Below, one piece after another: positions 39,715 to 49,528 of a stretch of DNA of 64,000 nt. The translations under genes were made by a program, and so were the position numbers. The stretch is from contig VGBO01000005.1 of the NCBI GenBank assembly GCA_016870475.1, forward strand, positions 339 through 64,338, written 5' to 3'. The notes beneath the pieces are model-generated. The model saw only the letters and a list, made by a program, of their open reading frames with translations, was not told the DNA's origin and did no database searches. Source of the stretch: Actinomycetota bacterium (lineage in GTDB: Bacteria; Actinomycetota; Acidimicrobiia; Acidimicrobiales; CAIXPF01). Every line of letters begins with the position of its first letter. Position 1 is the first letter of the stretch.

Positions 39715-41016
39715 GTGACCTCGGTGGCGGACGCGCGGGGCCTCGTCGTCGCCAGCCTGCTCGTGGAGGCCGCGCCGGACGCGATGCTCGTCGTCGACGA
39801 CGCCGGGACGATCCTCTTCGCGAACGGTCGGGCGGGCCACCTCTTCGGGACGCCGGTCCCCGACCTCGTCGGTCGTCCCATCGAGGACCTCCTCCCCGAG
39901 GACGTCCGTGCGGCGCACCGAGGGCACAGAGCGGGCTTAGCCGCCGACGCGCAGACCCGCGAGATGGGCAGCGGTCTCGAGCTCCACGCCCGCCGCTTCG
40001 ACGGGCACGTGTTCCCCGCCGAGGTGTCGCTGAGCCCCACCGAGTTCGACGGCCGCCACGCGGTCATCGCCTCGGTGCGGGACGTGACCGACCGGAAGCG
40101 GGCCCGCGAGCACACCCGACGCATCGAACGCCTCGTCGACCGGGCACATGAAGGCGTGTACCTCATCGACCCGGACACCCTCCGCATCACCTACGCGAAC
40201 GCCGGCGCCGCCGCCCAGACCGGCTGGGACCGTGCGGCGCTCGTCGCCACGTCGATGCTCGACCTCGTCGCCGACATGGACGACGCCACTCTCCGCCGAC
40301 TGCTGCACCGCGCCGTGGAGGAAGGGCGCTTCCCCACGATCGTGACGCTGCGTGGTCGGTCGGGCGACGACGTCGTCGTCGAACTGCTGCTCGAACCGGA
40401 GTACCGTCCCGACGGCACGTTGTCGGCGGTCGCCGCGCTCGCCCGCGACGTCGCCGAGCGGCGTGCCGCCGAGGCGACCCTCGAGGAGACCCGCGCCGAA
40501 CTGCGGATCCTCGAGGAACGCGAGCGCATCGCACGGGACCTGCACGACCGGGTCATCCAACGCCTCTTCGCCGCCGGCATGCACCTGCAGGCGGCGACCT
40601 CGGCGGCACGGGACGACCTGCGGGAGCGGGTCGATCCGGTCGTCGACGAACTCGACGCGACCGTGCGGGAGATCCGATCGGTGATCTTCGACCTCGCCCC
40701 GCACGCCCCGACCGCCCCGCTGCAACAACGACTCGTCGCGGCGGCGCGGGAGGCCCGGCGATCGCTCGGCTTCGAACCGGCCGTCACCGTCCTCGGTGAC
40801 CTGCCCGACCTCGACGCCAGCGCCGGGGAGACGCTCGTCCATGCGCTCGGTGACGCACTGCGGCGGGTCGCCGCAACCGCCCGGGCGACCCGGGTCGCCG
40901 TCGAGGTGCGCGCCGGGAGCGGGGAGGTGCGGTGCACCGTCACGCACGACGGTGGCGACATCGCCGAAATCGTCCGGGTTGCGACCTCGTCGCCCACAGG
41001 AGAGGACCACCGATGA
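39715..41016 (+). CDS. PAS-PAS HisKA_3 sensor protein with degenerate, truncated HATPase domain
   Basis: Two PAS domains; ERERIARDLHDRVIQRLFAAG H-box. N-box reads DALRRV, G1 reads THDG, G2 is absent. Confidence 0.85.
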   Translation: MTSVADARGLVVASLLVEAAPDAMLVVDDAGTILFANGRAGHLFGTPVPDLVGRPIEDLLPEDVRAAHRGHRAGLAADAQTREMGSGLELHARRFDGHVFPAEVSLSPTEFDGRHAVIASVRDVTDRKRAREHTRRIERLVDRAHEGVYLIDPDTLRITYANAGAAAQTGWDRAALVATSMLDLVADMDDATLRRLLHRAVEEGRFPTIVTLRGRSGDDVVVELLLEPEYRPDGTLSAVAALARDVAERRAAEATLEETRAELRILEERERIARDLHDRVIQRLFAAGMHLQAATSAARDDLRERVDPVVDELDATVREIRSVIFDLAPHAPTAPLQQRLVAAAREARRSLGFEPAVTVLGDLPDLDASAGETLVHALGDALRRVAATARATRVAVEVRAGSGEVRCTVTHDGGDIAEIVRVATSSPTGEDHR

Positions 41017-41669
41017 TCCGTGTCTTCGTGCTCGACGACCACGAGGTCGTCCGAACCGGGCTCCGGGACCTACTCGAGAGCACCGGGGAGTTCACCGTCG
41101 TCGGCGAGGCGGGGACCGCCGAGGAGGCGCTCGGACGCATCCCGGCGACTCGACCGGACGTGGCGGTGCTCGACGTACGCCTCCCCGACGGCAACGGGGT
41201 CGAGGTGTGCCGCGAGATCCGCGACGCGCATCCGGGCGTGCACTGCCTGATGCTCACGAGCTTCGCCGACGACGAGGCGCTGTTCGACTCGATCATGGCC
41301 GGCGCCTCCGGTTACCTGCTCAAGCAGGTGCGCGGCGTCGATCTCATCGACGCGGTTCGCACCGTGGCGGCGGGCAGCTCGCTCATCGACCCCGGCGTCG
41401 CGTCGAAGGTCCTCGCCCGCATCCGTCGCCAGGACGCCGTCGTGGACGACCCGACCCGACGCCTCACCGATCAGGAGCGGCGCATCCTCGAACTGATCGG
41501 CGAAGGACTCACCAACCGACAGATCGCCGAGCGGATGTACCTCGCCGAGAAGACGGTGAAGAACTACGTGTCGAACCTGCTCGCGAAGCTCGGCATGGCG
41601 CGCCGGACCGAGGCGGCCGCGTTCGCGGCACGCCTCGACGAACGACGCCAGCGACCCTCAGCAGGCTGA
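41013..41669 (+). CDS. NarL/LuxR response regulator, DosR/DevR-like
   Basis: LDDHEVVR, LDVRLPDGNG, LTSFADDEALF, GLTNRQIAERMYLAEKTVKNYVSNLLAKLG. Confidence 0.93.
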   Translation: MIRVFVLDDHEVVRTGLRDLLESTGEFTVVGEAGTAEEALGRIPATRPDVAVLDVRLPDGNGVEVCREIRDAHPGVHCLMLTSFADDEALFDSIMAGASGYLLKQVRGVDLIDAVRTVAAGSSLIDPGVASKVLARIRRQDAVVDDPTRRLTDQERRILELIGEGLTNRQIAERMYLAEKTVKNYVSNLLAKLGMARRTEAAAFAARLDERRQRPSAG

Positions 41670-41685
41670 GCGGCGCAGCGCCGCC

Positions 41686-42111
41686 TCAGTGGTGGCCGTA
41701 GCTGCGCAGGCGGTGTGCGAGGTCGCGCATGATGGCGACGGGGAGCCCCGGGACCTCCTCGAGCAGCGGCTCGAAGCTCTGCGCCGTGACGACGAGCAGG
41801 TGCATCGGCGTGACCGCCGTGACCGTCGCCGTGCGGGGACCCTTGTCGATGAGGCTGACTTCACCCACGATCTCCCCGGCGCCGACGCGGTTCAGCTCGC
41901 GGCCGTCGGCGACGATCGTCGCCTCGCCGCTCACGATGATGAACGCCTCGTGCGCCTGGTCGCCCTGCCGGCACAGCACCTTGCCGGCCTCGACATCGAC
42001 CTCGTCAGTGATCGCCGCGACGTGCGCGAGCTGCTTGCCCGTGCAGCCCTTGAACAGGCGGACCGCCTTGAGGTGTTCGAGCTTCGCATCCTTGCTGAGT
42101 GCCATGGCCAC
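41686..42111 (-). CDS. Stand-alone cyclic nucleotide-binding domain protein
   Basis: LCRQGD, IVSGEA, GEIVGEVSLI, PRTATV; no HTH. Confidence 0.9.
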   Translation of the reverse strand: MAMALSKDAKLEHLKAVRLFKGCTGKQLAHVAAITDEVDVEAGKVLCRQGDQAHEAFIIVSGEATIVADGRELNRVGAGEIVGEVSLIDKGPRTATVTAVTPMHLLVVTAQSFEPLLEEVPGLPVAIMRDLAHRLRSYGHH

Positions 42112-42158
42112 TCCTCCTGATTACCTCGGACGCTAGCCGGACGATCGGCGGCTCTGCA

Positions 42159-42172
42159 GGGTACTTCGACCC
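42159..42172. promoter_or_regulatory. Possible DosR-type box between the divergent cNMP and USP genes
   Basis: GGGTACTTCGACCC, a GGG...CCC dyad with one mismatch to GGGNCNNNNGNCCC. Confidence 0.4.
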
Positions 42173-42250
42173 TTGCCGATGGACGTCGCGCCTGACAGCG
42201 TGATCGGGCGACGTGTCGCAACGAGCGCGCGCAGCGACGAGGAGGACGAC

Positions 42251-42706
42251 ATGGCGACGGACAACGGATGCATCGTGGTGGGCGTCGACGGTTCCGACGA
42301 ATCGGTCGAGGCCTGCGCATGGGCGCTCGGCGAGGCCCACCTCCGCAAGGTGGCGCTCCGCGTCGTGCACGCGTGGCAGTACCTCCCCGTCATCGCCGAG
42401 CCGCTGGCGGCGCTCCCGCCCATGCCGGTCGAGGAGCTCGTCGCGTCGGCGCACAAGGTCGCGGAGCACACCGTCGAGAGGGCGGCCGACGGGGAGCCCG
42501 TCGGCGTGGAGGTGGAGTACCGGATCGTCGAGGGTCCGGCGGCCGCCGCCGTACTCGACGCCGCCCAGGATGCCGGCCTGCTCGTCGTCGGTTCACGTGG
42601 CCGTGGCGGGTTCAAGGGTCTGCTGCTCGGATCGGTCAGCCAGCAGGTGGTGCACCACGCGCCCTGCCCCGTCGTCGTCCTCCCCCGGCACGCGCACCGG
42701 GACTGA
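42251..42706 (+). CDS. Universal stress protein
   Basis: IVVGVDGS, VVHAW, VVGSRGRGGFKGLLLGSVS, HAPCPVVV; RBS GAGGAGG. Confidence 0.95.
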   Translation: MATDNGCIVVGVDGSDESVEACAWALGEAHLRKVALRVVHAWQYLPVIAEPLAALPPMPVEELVASAHKVAEHTVERAADGEPVGVEVEYRIVEGPAAAAVLDAAQDAGLLVVGSRGRGGFKGLLLGSVSQQVVHHAPCPVVVLPRHAHRD

Positions 42707-42721
42707 CCCCGGCGCCTGCGC

Positions 42722-43564
42722 TCAGCGGGACGGCCCGAGCATGCGGTCGAGGAGATCGTGCACGGCGTTCGGGCCGAACTCGACCGCGCCGAGCGCGCCG
42801 AGCCAGGAGACCGACACCAGTCCTGCTTCGACCGCGCCGCCGTCGAGGTGCGGCGGGAGCGGGACCACGTCGCCCCAGTCGACGTCGACCGTCCAGTGGC
42901 CGACGTGCCCTTCCTTCGGCACGAGCCGGGCGCGGGCCATGGCGCGCGGCGGCACGCTGCCCACCTCCGTCGTCCGCCACCCGGCGAGATCGTCCCAGTC
43001 GAGGTTCGGCACGTTCACGTTCAGCGCCCACACCCCGGGTGGCGGGGTGGCGACCAGCGCGCCGATGACGAGTCCCGCGACCTTCTCCGGGGTCGCCCAC
43101 CGCTGACCGGCGAGCACGTCGTCCCAGCCCTGCCCCTCGACCCCGAACCCGACGACCGCCTGACTGAACGCGACGCCGGGGATCCCGCGGGTCCGGCCGG
43201 TCAGCACCGCGCCGACGGTCCCCGAGTGGTACACGGCACGCCCGACGTTCGCCCCGGGGTTGATGCCCGACACGACGAGATCCGGCGGCGGCCCGAATGC
43301 TCCGAGCGCGGCGTACACGACGCAGAGCGCCGGCGGACCGTGCACGGCGTAGGCCCCGGTCGTCCCGGTGAACGGCGGTGACGACGACACATCTGCGACG
43401 TCCGGCAGGGTGAGGTGCAACGGCCCGACCGCCGCCCCCGCTCCCGAGTACTCCGACGCCGGGGCAACGACGAGAACCTCACCGTGCGGCAGCGCAGCAG
43501 CGACGAGCCGGTGCAATCCGACGGCATCGACACCGTCGTCGTTCGTGACGAGGATCCGGGGCAC
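42722..43564 (-). CDS. surE: 5'/3'-nucleotidase SurE
   Basis: ILVTNDDG, SGAG, VSGINPGANVG, SGTVG, LNVNVP. Confidence 0.9.
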   Translation of the reverse strand: MPRILVTNDDGVDAVGLHRLVAAALPHGEVLVVAPASEYSGAGAAVGPLHLTLPDVADVSSSPPFTGTTGAYAVHGPPALCVVYAALGAFGPPPDLVVSGINPGANVGRAVYHSGTVGAVLTGRTRGIPGVAFSQAVVGFGVEGQGWDDVLAGQRWATPEKVAGLVIGALVATPPPGVWALNVNVPNLDWDDLAGWRTTEVGSVPPRAMARARLVPKEGHVGHWTVDVDWGDVVPLPPHLDGGAVEAGLVSVSWLGALGAVEFGPNAVHDLLDRMLGPSR

Positions 43565-43591
43565 GTCGGCCACCGTACCGCCGTCGGTCGC

Positions 43592-44260
43592 TCAGTCGCC
43601 GCGCAGGGGTAGGCCGTCGAACCGGTCGACGGTCACGAACTCCTCCACGGCGTTGCGTCGCAGCCGGGTGAGCTGACGCACCGGGCGTCCGATAGGGACC
43701 ATCGCCGCGATCGCGACGTGCGCCGGCAGGCCGAGGAGCTCCTGCGCCTCGGGTTCGCGGGCGGCGAGGAAGGTGGTGAGCACCCCGCCGTACCCCTCGT
43801 TCCTGGCGGCGAGGAGGATGTTCCACACGAAGGGGTACACCGACGCCCCCGAGATCACCCCGATCCGGTCGAGGTGACGGTCGAAGCTCGCGACGGCCGA
43901 CAGGTCGACGGCGACGACGAGCAACGCCGGCACGTGCTCGAGGGAATCGAGGAGCGGGAACGACGACGGGGCGGCGGCAGCCGCGTCCACGTCGACCCCG
44001 GTCGGCACGATCGTGTTCCACGGCGACTCACCGGCCCGCACCTGCGCGAGGTACACGCCCATCGTCGGCCGACACAGCTCGGCGAGTTCCCGACGGGTCG
44101 AGGGGTCCTTCACCACGATCACCCGCTGGCCCTGCCGGTTCCCGCCGCTCGGTGCGAACCGGGCCACGTCGAGGATCCGGTGGAGGACCGCGTCGGGCAC
44201 CGGCTCATCGGTGAAATCCCGGCAGGAGAACGTCGTACGCATGACCTCGGTGAGTTCCAC
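43592..44260 (-). CDS. Nitroreductase family protein
   Basis: CRDFTDEPVP, APSGGNRQ, ASVYPFVWNILLAARNEGYG. Confidence 0.9.
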   Translation of the reverse strand: MELTEVMRTTFSCRDFTDEPVPDAVLHRILDVARFAPSGGNRQGQRVIVVKDPSTRRELAELCRPTMGVYLAQVRAGESPWNTIVPTGVDVDAAAAAPSSFPLLDSLEHVPALLVVAVDLSAVASFDRHLDRIGVISGASVYPFVWNILLAARNEGYGGVLTTFLAAREPEAQELLGLPAHVAIAAMVPIGRPVRQLTRLRRNAVEEFVTVDRFDGLPLRGD

Positions 44261-44349
44261 GGCGCGGACGATACCGGCGCGGCGACCTCCCGCACCCGAC
44301 GGATCGTCGCCCGCTAGGGTCCGGGCTCGGGACCGGACCGGGGAGGACG

Positions 44350-45462
44350 ATGGTCGCGCAGCCGCTCGATGGGATCCGGGTGCTCGAGCTCGGTGGCGGG
44401 CTCGCCGCGGCGTTCGCGACGCACCTGCTGGCCGGTTACGGCGCAGAGGTCGTGCGCGTGGACCCGCCGGCGCACGCCGACGCGCCGCCCGGGATGACCG
44501 AGGACCAGGAGGCCGCCCTGCTCGGCGGGAAGCGGCGGATCGATGCGGACGCCGCGGAGGTGCGGCGGCTCGCCGGGGTCGCCGACGTGATCGTCGAGGA
44601 CCTCGACCCGGCCACTGCGGCACACCTCGCGTTCGACCCGGCGGAGCTCCGGGCGGAGCGCGAGGAGCTCGTCGTCGTGACGATCAGCCCCTTCGGTCGG
44701 TCCGGGCCGGATCGCGACGCCGGGGCGACGAACGCCACCGTGTTCGCGACGAGCGGGATGATGTCCCTCACCGGCGACCCCGAGCGCACGCCGCTCGTGA
44801 CCGGGGGGTCGCAGGCCCTCCACGTCGGCGGGCTCAACGCGTTCGGCGCGGCGCTGAGCGCGTTGTTCGGTGCGCAACTCCACGGCACCGGTGCCTGGGT
44901 CGACATCTCCGTGCAGGAGTGCCTCGCCGGCATGCTCGAGCTCTACGGCCCGGGCGGCGCATACGGTCTGCCGCCGACCCTTCGGTTCGGGAACTGGCAC
45001 CGGGCCTGTTGGGCGCTGTACCCCTGCTCCGACGGGCACGCCGGCGTGTTCTGCCTCGAACGCCAGGTGCCCTCCTTGTTCGCTGCGATCGGCGACCCGG
45101 AGCTCGACGACCCTCGGTTCCGTGACCCTCTGCAGCGACCCGACAACGAGGAGGAGCTGTCGGCGTCGGTGATCGGGTTCATGGTCGACCACACCGGCGA
45201 CGACCTGCTGCAGATCGGCCAGCAACGCAAGATCCCCTTCGGGATCGTGCGCCGACCGTCGGAACTGCTCGAGGCCCCGGCGTTGCGTACCCGCGGGTTC
45301 TTCGACGAGGTCGCCCTCCCGGACGGCACGGTCGTCACCACACCCGGCCGACCCTTCCTCGGGCTCGGCTGGACGGCTCCCGACCGGGTGCACCGCCCCG
45401 GGGAGGACACCGACGCCGTCCACCGCGACTGGTCGACCCCGGCCCCGGGAGGTGTCGCATGA
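44350..45462 (+). CDS. Family III CoA-transferase, probable non-catalytic subunit
   Basis: PLDGIRVLE, GAEVVRVDPP, ISPFGRSGP, GAWVDIS; no Asp at the catalytic position (GSQALHVGG). Confidence 0.85.
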   Translation: MVAQPLDGIRVLELGGGLAAAFATHLLAGYGAEVVRVDPPAHADAPPGMTEDQEAALLGGKRRIDADAAEVRRLAGVADVIVEDLDPATAAHLAFDPAELRAEREELVVVTISPFGRSGPDRDAGATNATVFATSGMMSLTGDPERTPLVTGGSQALHVGGLNAFGAALSALFGAQLHGTGAWVDISVQECLAGMLELYGPGGAYGLPPTLRFGNWHRACWALYPCSDGHAGVFCLERQVPSLFAAIGDPELDDPRFRDPLQRPDNEEELSASVIGFMVDHTGDDLLQIGQQRKIPFGIVRRPSELLEAPALRTRGFFDEVALPDGTVVTTPGRPFLGLGWTAPDRVHRPGEDTDAVHRDWSTPAPGGVA

Positions 45463-46745
45463 CCCGCCTCCCCCTCGACGGCATGCGCGTCGCCGACCTG
45501 TCCATGATGTGGGCAGGCCCCTTCGCCACGAAGCTCCTCGCCGAGATGGGTGCCGACGTGCTGAAGATCGAGTCCCCGTCCGCGTGGGACAACATCCGCA
45601 CGCTCATCCCGTTCCCTGCCGACTCCGAGCCGTGGAACGCGAGCTACTACTTCAACACCTACAACCGGCAGAAGCGGTCGGTCACCCTCGACCTCGCGCA
45701 GGACGCCGGGCGCGACGTGTTCCTCCGCCTGCTCGCCCACTGTGACGTGCTCGTGGAGAACTACCGGGCCGACGTCCTCGACAACCTCGGGATCGGGTAC
45801 GACGTGCTGCGCGCCGCGAACCCACAGCTCGTCATCGTGTCGATGGCGGGGTTCGGCAAGACCGGCGAGGACCGCTCGCTCGTCGGGTTCGGGCCGGTCA
45901 TCGAGATGATGTCCGGCCTCACATCGCTCACCGGGTACGGCGACGACGGTATCCCCTACAAGTGCGGGGTGTCCTACGGCGACCCGGTCGGCGGGCAGAT
46001 GGCGGCGGCAGCGGTCGTGCTCGGGCTGATGCAGCGCCGCCGGACCGGAACGGGCACGGTCATCGACCTCGCGCAACGCGAGACCGGCGCCGCGATGGCC
46101 GGCGAGGCGTTCGTCGCCGCGTCACGGCACGGCACCGACCAACCGCAGTGGGGGAACCGCGACCCTCGGCTTGCGCCGCAGGGCTGCTACCGCTGCGCCG
46201 ACCAGGACCTGACCCGGTGGGAGGGGACCGCCACCCCACCCGTGCCGGGCACCGAGGAGCAGTGGGTCGTGGTCGCCGCACGGACCGACGCCGAGTGGCG
46301 GGCACTCGCCCGCCTCGTCGGCCGCGACGACCTCGCCGGCCTCGACCTCGCCACCCGACAGCAGCGACACGACGAGCTCGACGAGGTCCTCGCCGCATGG
46401 GCGCGCCAGCGCACCGCCGCCGACGTCGTGGCCGAGGTGCGCGCCGCCGGTGCGACCGCCGGCCGGGTGCACGACACCGTGAGCGTTCACGACGACCCCC
46501 AGCTCGCCGCCCGCGGCCACTGGTCGACGTTCCCGCACCCGCACATGCCCGACGGCTGGCGACAGCCGGTCGCGGCCTGGCACCGGGTCGGGGAGGACCG
46601 GGGGTTGCGTGCCCGTGCACCGCTCTTCGGCGAGCACACCCGAACCGTCCTCACCGAGTTGCTCGGCTGCACCGCCGACGAGCTCGACGAGCTCGCTGCG
46701 GCGTCGGTCATCGGCGACGCGCCGATCAACCCCGGCGTCGGCTGA
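45459..46745 (+). CDS. Family III CoA-transferase, catalytic subunit
   Basis: DLSMMWAGP, NRQKRSVTLDL, ENYR, GFGKTG, SYGDPVGG (catalytic Asp), APLFGEHT. Confidence 0.9.
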   Translation: MTRLPLDGMRVADLSMMWAGPFATKLLAEMGADVLKIESPSAWDNIRTLIPFPADSEPWNASYYFNTYNRQKRSVTLDLAQDAGRDVFLRLLAHCDVLVENYRADVLDNLGIGYDVLRAANPQLVIVSMAGFGKTGEDRSLVGFGPVIEMMSGLTSLTGYGDDGIPYKCGVSYGDPVGGQMAAAAVVLGLMQRRRTGTGTVIDLAQRETGAAMAGEAFVAASRHGTDQPQWGNRDPRLAPQGCYRCADQDLTRWEGTATPPVPGTEEQWVVVAARTDAEWRALARLVGRDDLAGLDLATRQQRHDELDEVLAAWARQRTAADVVAEVRAAGATAGRVHDTVSVHDDPQLAARGHWSTFPHPHMPDGWRQPVAAWHRVGEDRGLRARAPLFGEHTRTVLTELLGCTADELDELAAASVIGDAPINPGVG

Positions 46746-46760
46746 GCGACCGCCGGACGC

Positions 46761-47996
46761 TCAGTCGACGACCGCCTGGAGCACGAGCTGCATGAGCTGG
46801 GTGCGGATCGGGTGCGTGCTCGAGGGCAGGAGCTGGGTGAGCAGCACCGCCGTGATGCCCTCGTAGGGGTCGACCCAGAACGCGGTCGACGCCGCACCGC
46901 CCCAGGCGAAGGTCCCCGGCGAGGACAGCACCCGGTACGCGGCGGTGTCCTCGACGACGGAGAACCCGAGCCCGAACCCGACCCCGTCGAACTGCGTCTC
47001 GGAGAACAGCGGACGGCCGAACGCCGTGAGGTCCTGCCCTTCGGGGAGGTGGTTCGTCGTCATGTAGTCGACGGTGCGGGGCCCGAGCAGGCGGACGCCG
47101 TCGAGCTCCCCGCCGCCGAGGAGCATGCGGGCGAACCGGTGGTAGTCGTGCGCCGTGCCGACGAGGCCACCACCGCCGGAGAGGCACACGGGCGGGGTGA
47201 GGGCCGCCGCGCCCATGGCGTCGTTCCTGCGGGCGCGGCGAGTTCCCGGCTCGGGGCTGTAGAGGGCTGCGAGCCGGCCGGCCTCGCCGGCGGGCACCGA
47301 GAAGGCCGTGTCGACCATGCCGAGCGGACCGAGGATCCGCTCGGCGAAGAACGCGTCGAGCGACATGCCCGACGCCACCTCGACGACGCGGCCGAGCACG
47401 TCGGTGCACACCGAGTAGTTCCACTCCGAGCCGGGCTGGAACAGCAACGGCAGCTGCGCCCACCGGTCGCAGCACTCGGCGAGATCGGCACCCTTCGGTG
47501 TCCCCCACTCGAACCCGGCGGCCCGATACATGGCGTCCACCGCGTTGTTGTAGTGGAACCCGTAGGTGAGCCCGGCGGTGTGGGTGAGCAGGTGCCAGAT
47601 CCGCACCGGTTCGGTCGCCGGCTCGAGCGTGGGGGCGGCGGAGGAGCCCGACCGGTAGACGCGCACGTCCGCGAACGACGGGATGAACTTCGCAACCGGG
47701 TCCTTCAGCTCGAAGGCCCCCTCCTCGTAGAGCATCATCGCTGCGACCGACGTAACCGGTTTCGTCATCGAGTACAGCCGGACGATCGTGTCGTCGGTGA
47801 ACGGCGCGCCCGACTCGAGGTCGCGCTTCCCCGTCACGACGGTGTGCGCGACGTGGTCACCGCGCCCGAGCACGAACTGGCAGCCGGCGAGCAGACCCCC
47901 GTCGACGTATCCCTGCAGGAGGTCGTCGATCCGGCGCAAGCGCACCGGGTCGAAGCCCACCTCGGTCGGACCGATGTCGGTCGTGATCCCGGGCAC
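46761..47996 (-). CDS. Serine hydrolase, beta-lactamase fold (EstB/LipP-like)
   Basis: YSMTKP (SxxK), LLTHTAGL, QPGSEWNYS, SGGGGL, WGGAAST. Confidence 0.92.
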   Translation of the reverse strand: MPGITTDIGPTEVGFDPVRLRRIDDLLQGYVDGGLLAGCQFVLGRGDHVAHTVVTGKRDLESGAPFTDDTIVRLYSMTKPVTSVAAMMLYEEGAFELKDPVAKFIPSFADVRVYRSGSSAAPTLEPATEPVRIWHLLTHTAGLTYGFHYNNAVDAMYRAAGFEWGTPKGADLAECCDRWAQLPLLFQPGSEWNYSVCTDVLGRVVEVASGMSLDAFFAERILGPLGMVDTAFSVPAGEAGRLAALYSPEPGTRRARRNDAMGAAALTPPVCLSGGGGLVGTAHDYHRFARMLLGGGELDGVRLLGPRTVDYMTTNHLPEGQDLTAFGRPLFSETQFDGVGFGLGFSVVEDTAAYRVLSSPGTFAWGGAASTAFWVDPYEGITAVLLTQLLPSSTHPIRTQLMQLVLQAVVD

Positions 47997-48058
47997 GGTG
48001 CCTCCTCGTCGGGCGGGCGCCCGACGGGCGCTCGCCGCCCCAGTGTCGCAGCGTCCGC

Positions 48059-49237
48059 TCAGCCGCGCAGCGCACGCCGGGCGATCGCCCAGCGGTGGAC
48101 CTCCGACGGACCGTCGTAGATGCGGAACGCACGGATGTCCTCGTAGGTGCGACGGACGACGGTCCGGCCGGTGATGCCCGTCCCGCCGAGCACCTGCACG
48201 CAGCGGTCGACGACCCGGCCGAGCGCCTCGGACACGTAGAGCTTCGCCATCGAGGACTCGTCGCGCGCCTGGCTGCCCTGGTCGAGCACCCACGCGCACT
48301 GCCAGATCAACAGGCGGGACGTGGTCATGTCGGTGAGGTTGTCGGCGAGCTGGAACCCGACCCCTTCGTGCTCGCCGATCGGCTTGCCGAACGCGTGACG
48401 GGTGCGGGCGTAGTCGACGGCGATGTCGTGGCAGCGCCGTGCCGCGCCGAGCCAACGCATGCAGTGGGTGAGCCGGGCCGGGCCGAGGCGCACCTGCGCG
48501 TAGCGGAAGCCCCCGCCGATCTCGCCAAGCACCTGGTCGGCCCGGACCCGCACGTCGTGCAACTCCACGACGGAGTGTCCGCCGGTCATGTTCGAGTCCA
48601 TGGTATCGAGCACCTCGATCATGTCGATGCCGGGAGTGTCGGCGGAGGTGAGGAACATCGACGCGCCGAGGTCGGTGCCGGACCGGTCGAAGGTGCGCGC
48701 CATGATGATCGCGATCGTCGCCCCGTCCGCACCGGTGATGAGCCACTTCCGGCCGTTGATCACGTAGCTGCCGTCGGCCTGCTCGTCGGCCCGGGTGGCG
48801 AGCATCGACGGGTCGGACCCGGCGCCGCCGTCCGGTTCGGTCATGCAGAACATCGACCGCGTCCGCCCCGAGGCGAGCGGCCGGAGGTACTGCTCCTTCT
48901 GGTCCTCGGTGGCGACCTGCTCCAGCAGGTGCATGTTGCCCTCGTCGGGTGCGCCGATGTGCAGCGCGAGCGGACCGAGCGGCGAGTAGCCGGCCTCCTC
49001 GAACACGATTGCCTTCGCGACGTGGTCGAGCCCGAGACCGCCCCATTCCCGCCCGACGTGGGGTGCGACGAGACCCGCCTCGTGCGCGAGCTCGACGAGC
49101 TCGAGCCGCAGCTCCTCCGTCGGCCCGTGGGCGTGCTGGCGAGGGTCCCCCTCGAGGGGGATGATCCGGTCCCGGACGAACGCCGCCGTCCGCGCCGACA
49201 GGTCGAGAAGTTCCGGGGTGAGGCTGAAGTCGATCAC
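48059..49237 (-). CDS. Acyl-CoA dehydrogenase
   Basis: APDEGNM, FCMTEP, GSDP, INGRKW, RLGPARLTHCMRW, FRIYDGPSEVH. Confidence 0.94.
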   Translation of the reverse strand: MIDFSLTPELLDLSARTAAFVRDRIIPLEGDPRQHAHGPTEELRLELVELAHEAGLVAPHVGREWGGLGLDHVAKAIVFEEAGYSPLGPLALHIGAPDEGNMHLLEQVATEDQKEQYLRPLASGRTRSMFCMTEPDGGAGSDPSMLATRADEQADGSYVINGRKWLITGADGATIAIIMARTFDRSGTDLGASMFLTSADTPGIDMIEVLDTMDSNMTGGHSVVELHDVRVRADQVLGEIGGGFRYAQVRLGPARLTHCMRWLGAARRCHDIAVDYARTRHAFGKPIGEHEGVGFQLADNLTDMTTSRLLIWQCAWVLDQGSQARDESSMAKLYVSEALGRVVDRCVQVLGGTGITGRTVVRRTYEDIRAFRIYDGPSEVHRWAIARRALRG

Positions 49238-49321
49238 CCGGCCAGCCTGTCAGACCGTCGCCGCACGGGGCGAGCGACGACGGGCGAGCGGGCCGACCCG
49301 GCGTCGAATAGCGTCCGGCGG

Positions 49322-49528
49322 GTGAGCGACCACGACGATCTCACCCAGGTGCGCACCGTCCTCGCCGGCGCGGGGATCATCCCTCCCGACCGCGAGCTCG
49401 AGCTGCTCGCCCGCGTGCTGCCGACGCTGCGTGCCCAGATGGACCGGGCCTATGCGCTCGACACCGGGGAGGTCGCACCGGTTGCGACGTTCCGTCCCGC
49501 ACCGACCCCGGAGGACGGGGCGCGATGA
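49322..49528 (+). CDS. Small protein coupled to the amidase (GatC/AtzG-like partner candidate)
   Basis: 68 aa MSDHDDLTQVRTVLAGAGI...APVATFRP...; TAGCGT 7 nt upstream; ATGA overlap with the amidase. Confidence 0.7.
   Translation: MSDHDDLTQVRTVLAGAGIIPPDRELELLARVLPTLRAQMDRAYALDTGEVAPVATFRPAPTPEDGAR

Noticed and set aside
48012-48036. Imperfect GC hairpin between the acyl-CoA dehydrogenase and the serine hydrolase
   Set aside because: Short, lacks a U-tract and is likely by chance at this GC content; not called as a terminator.
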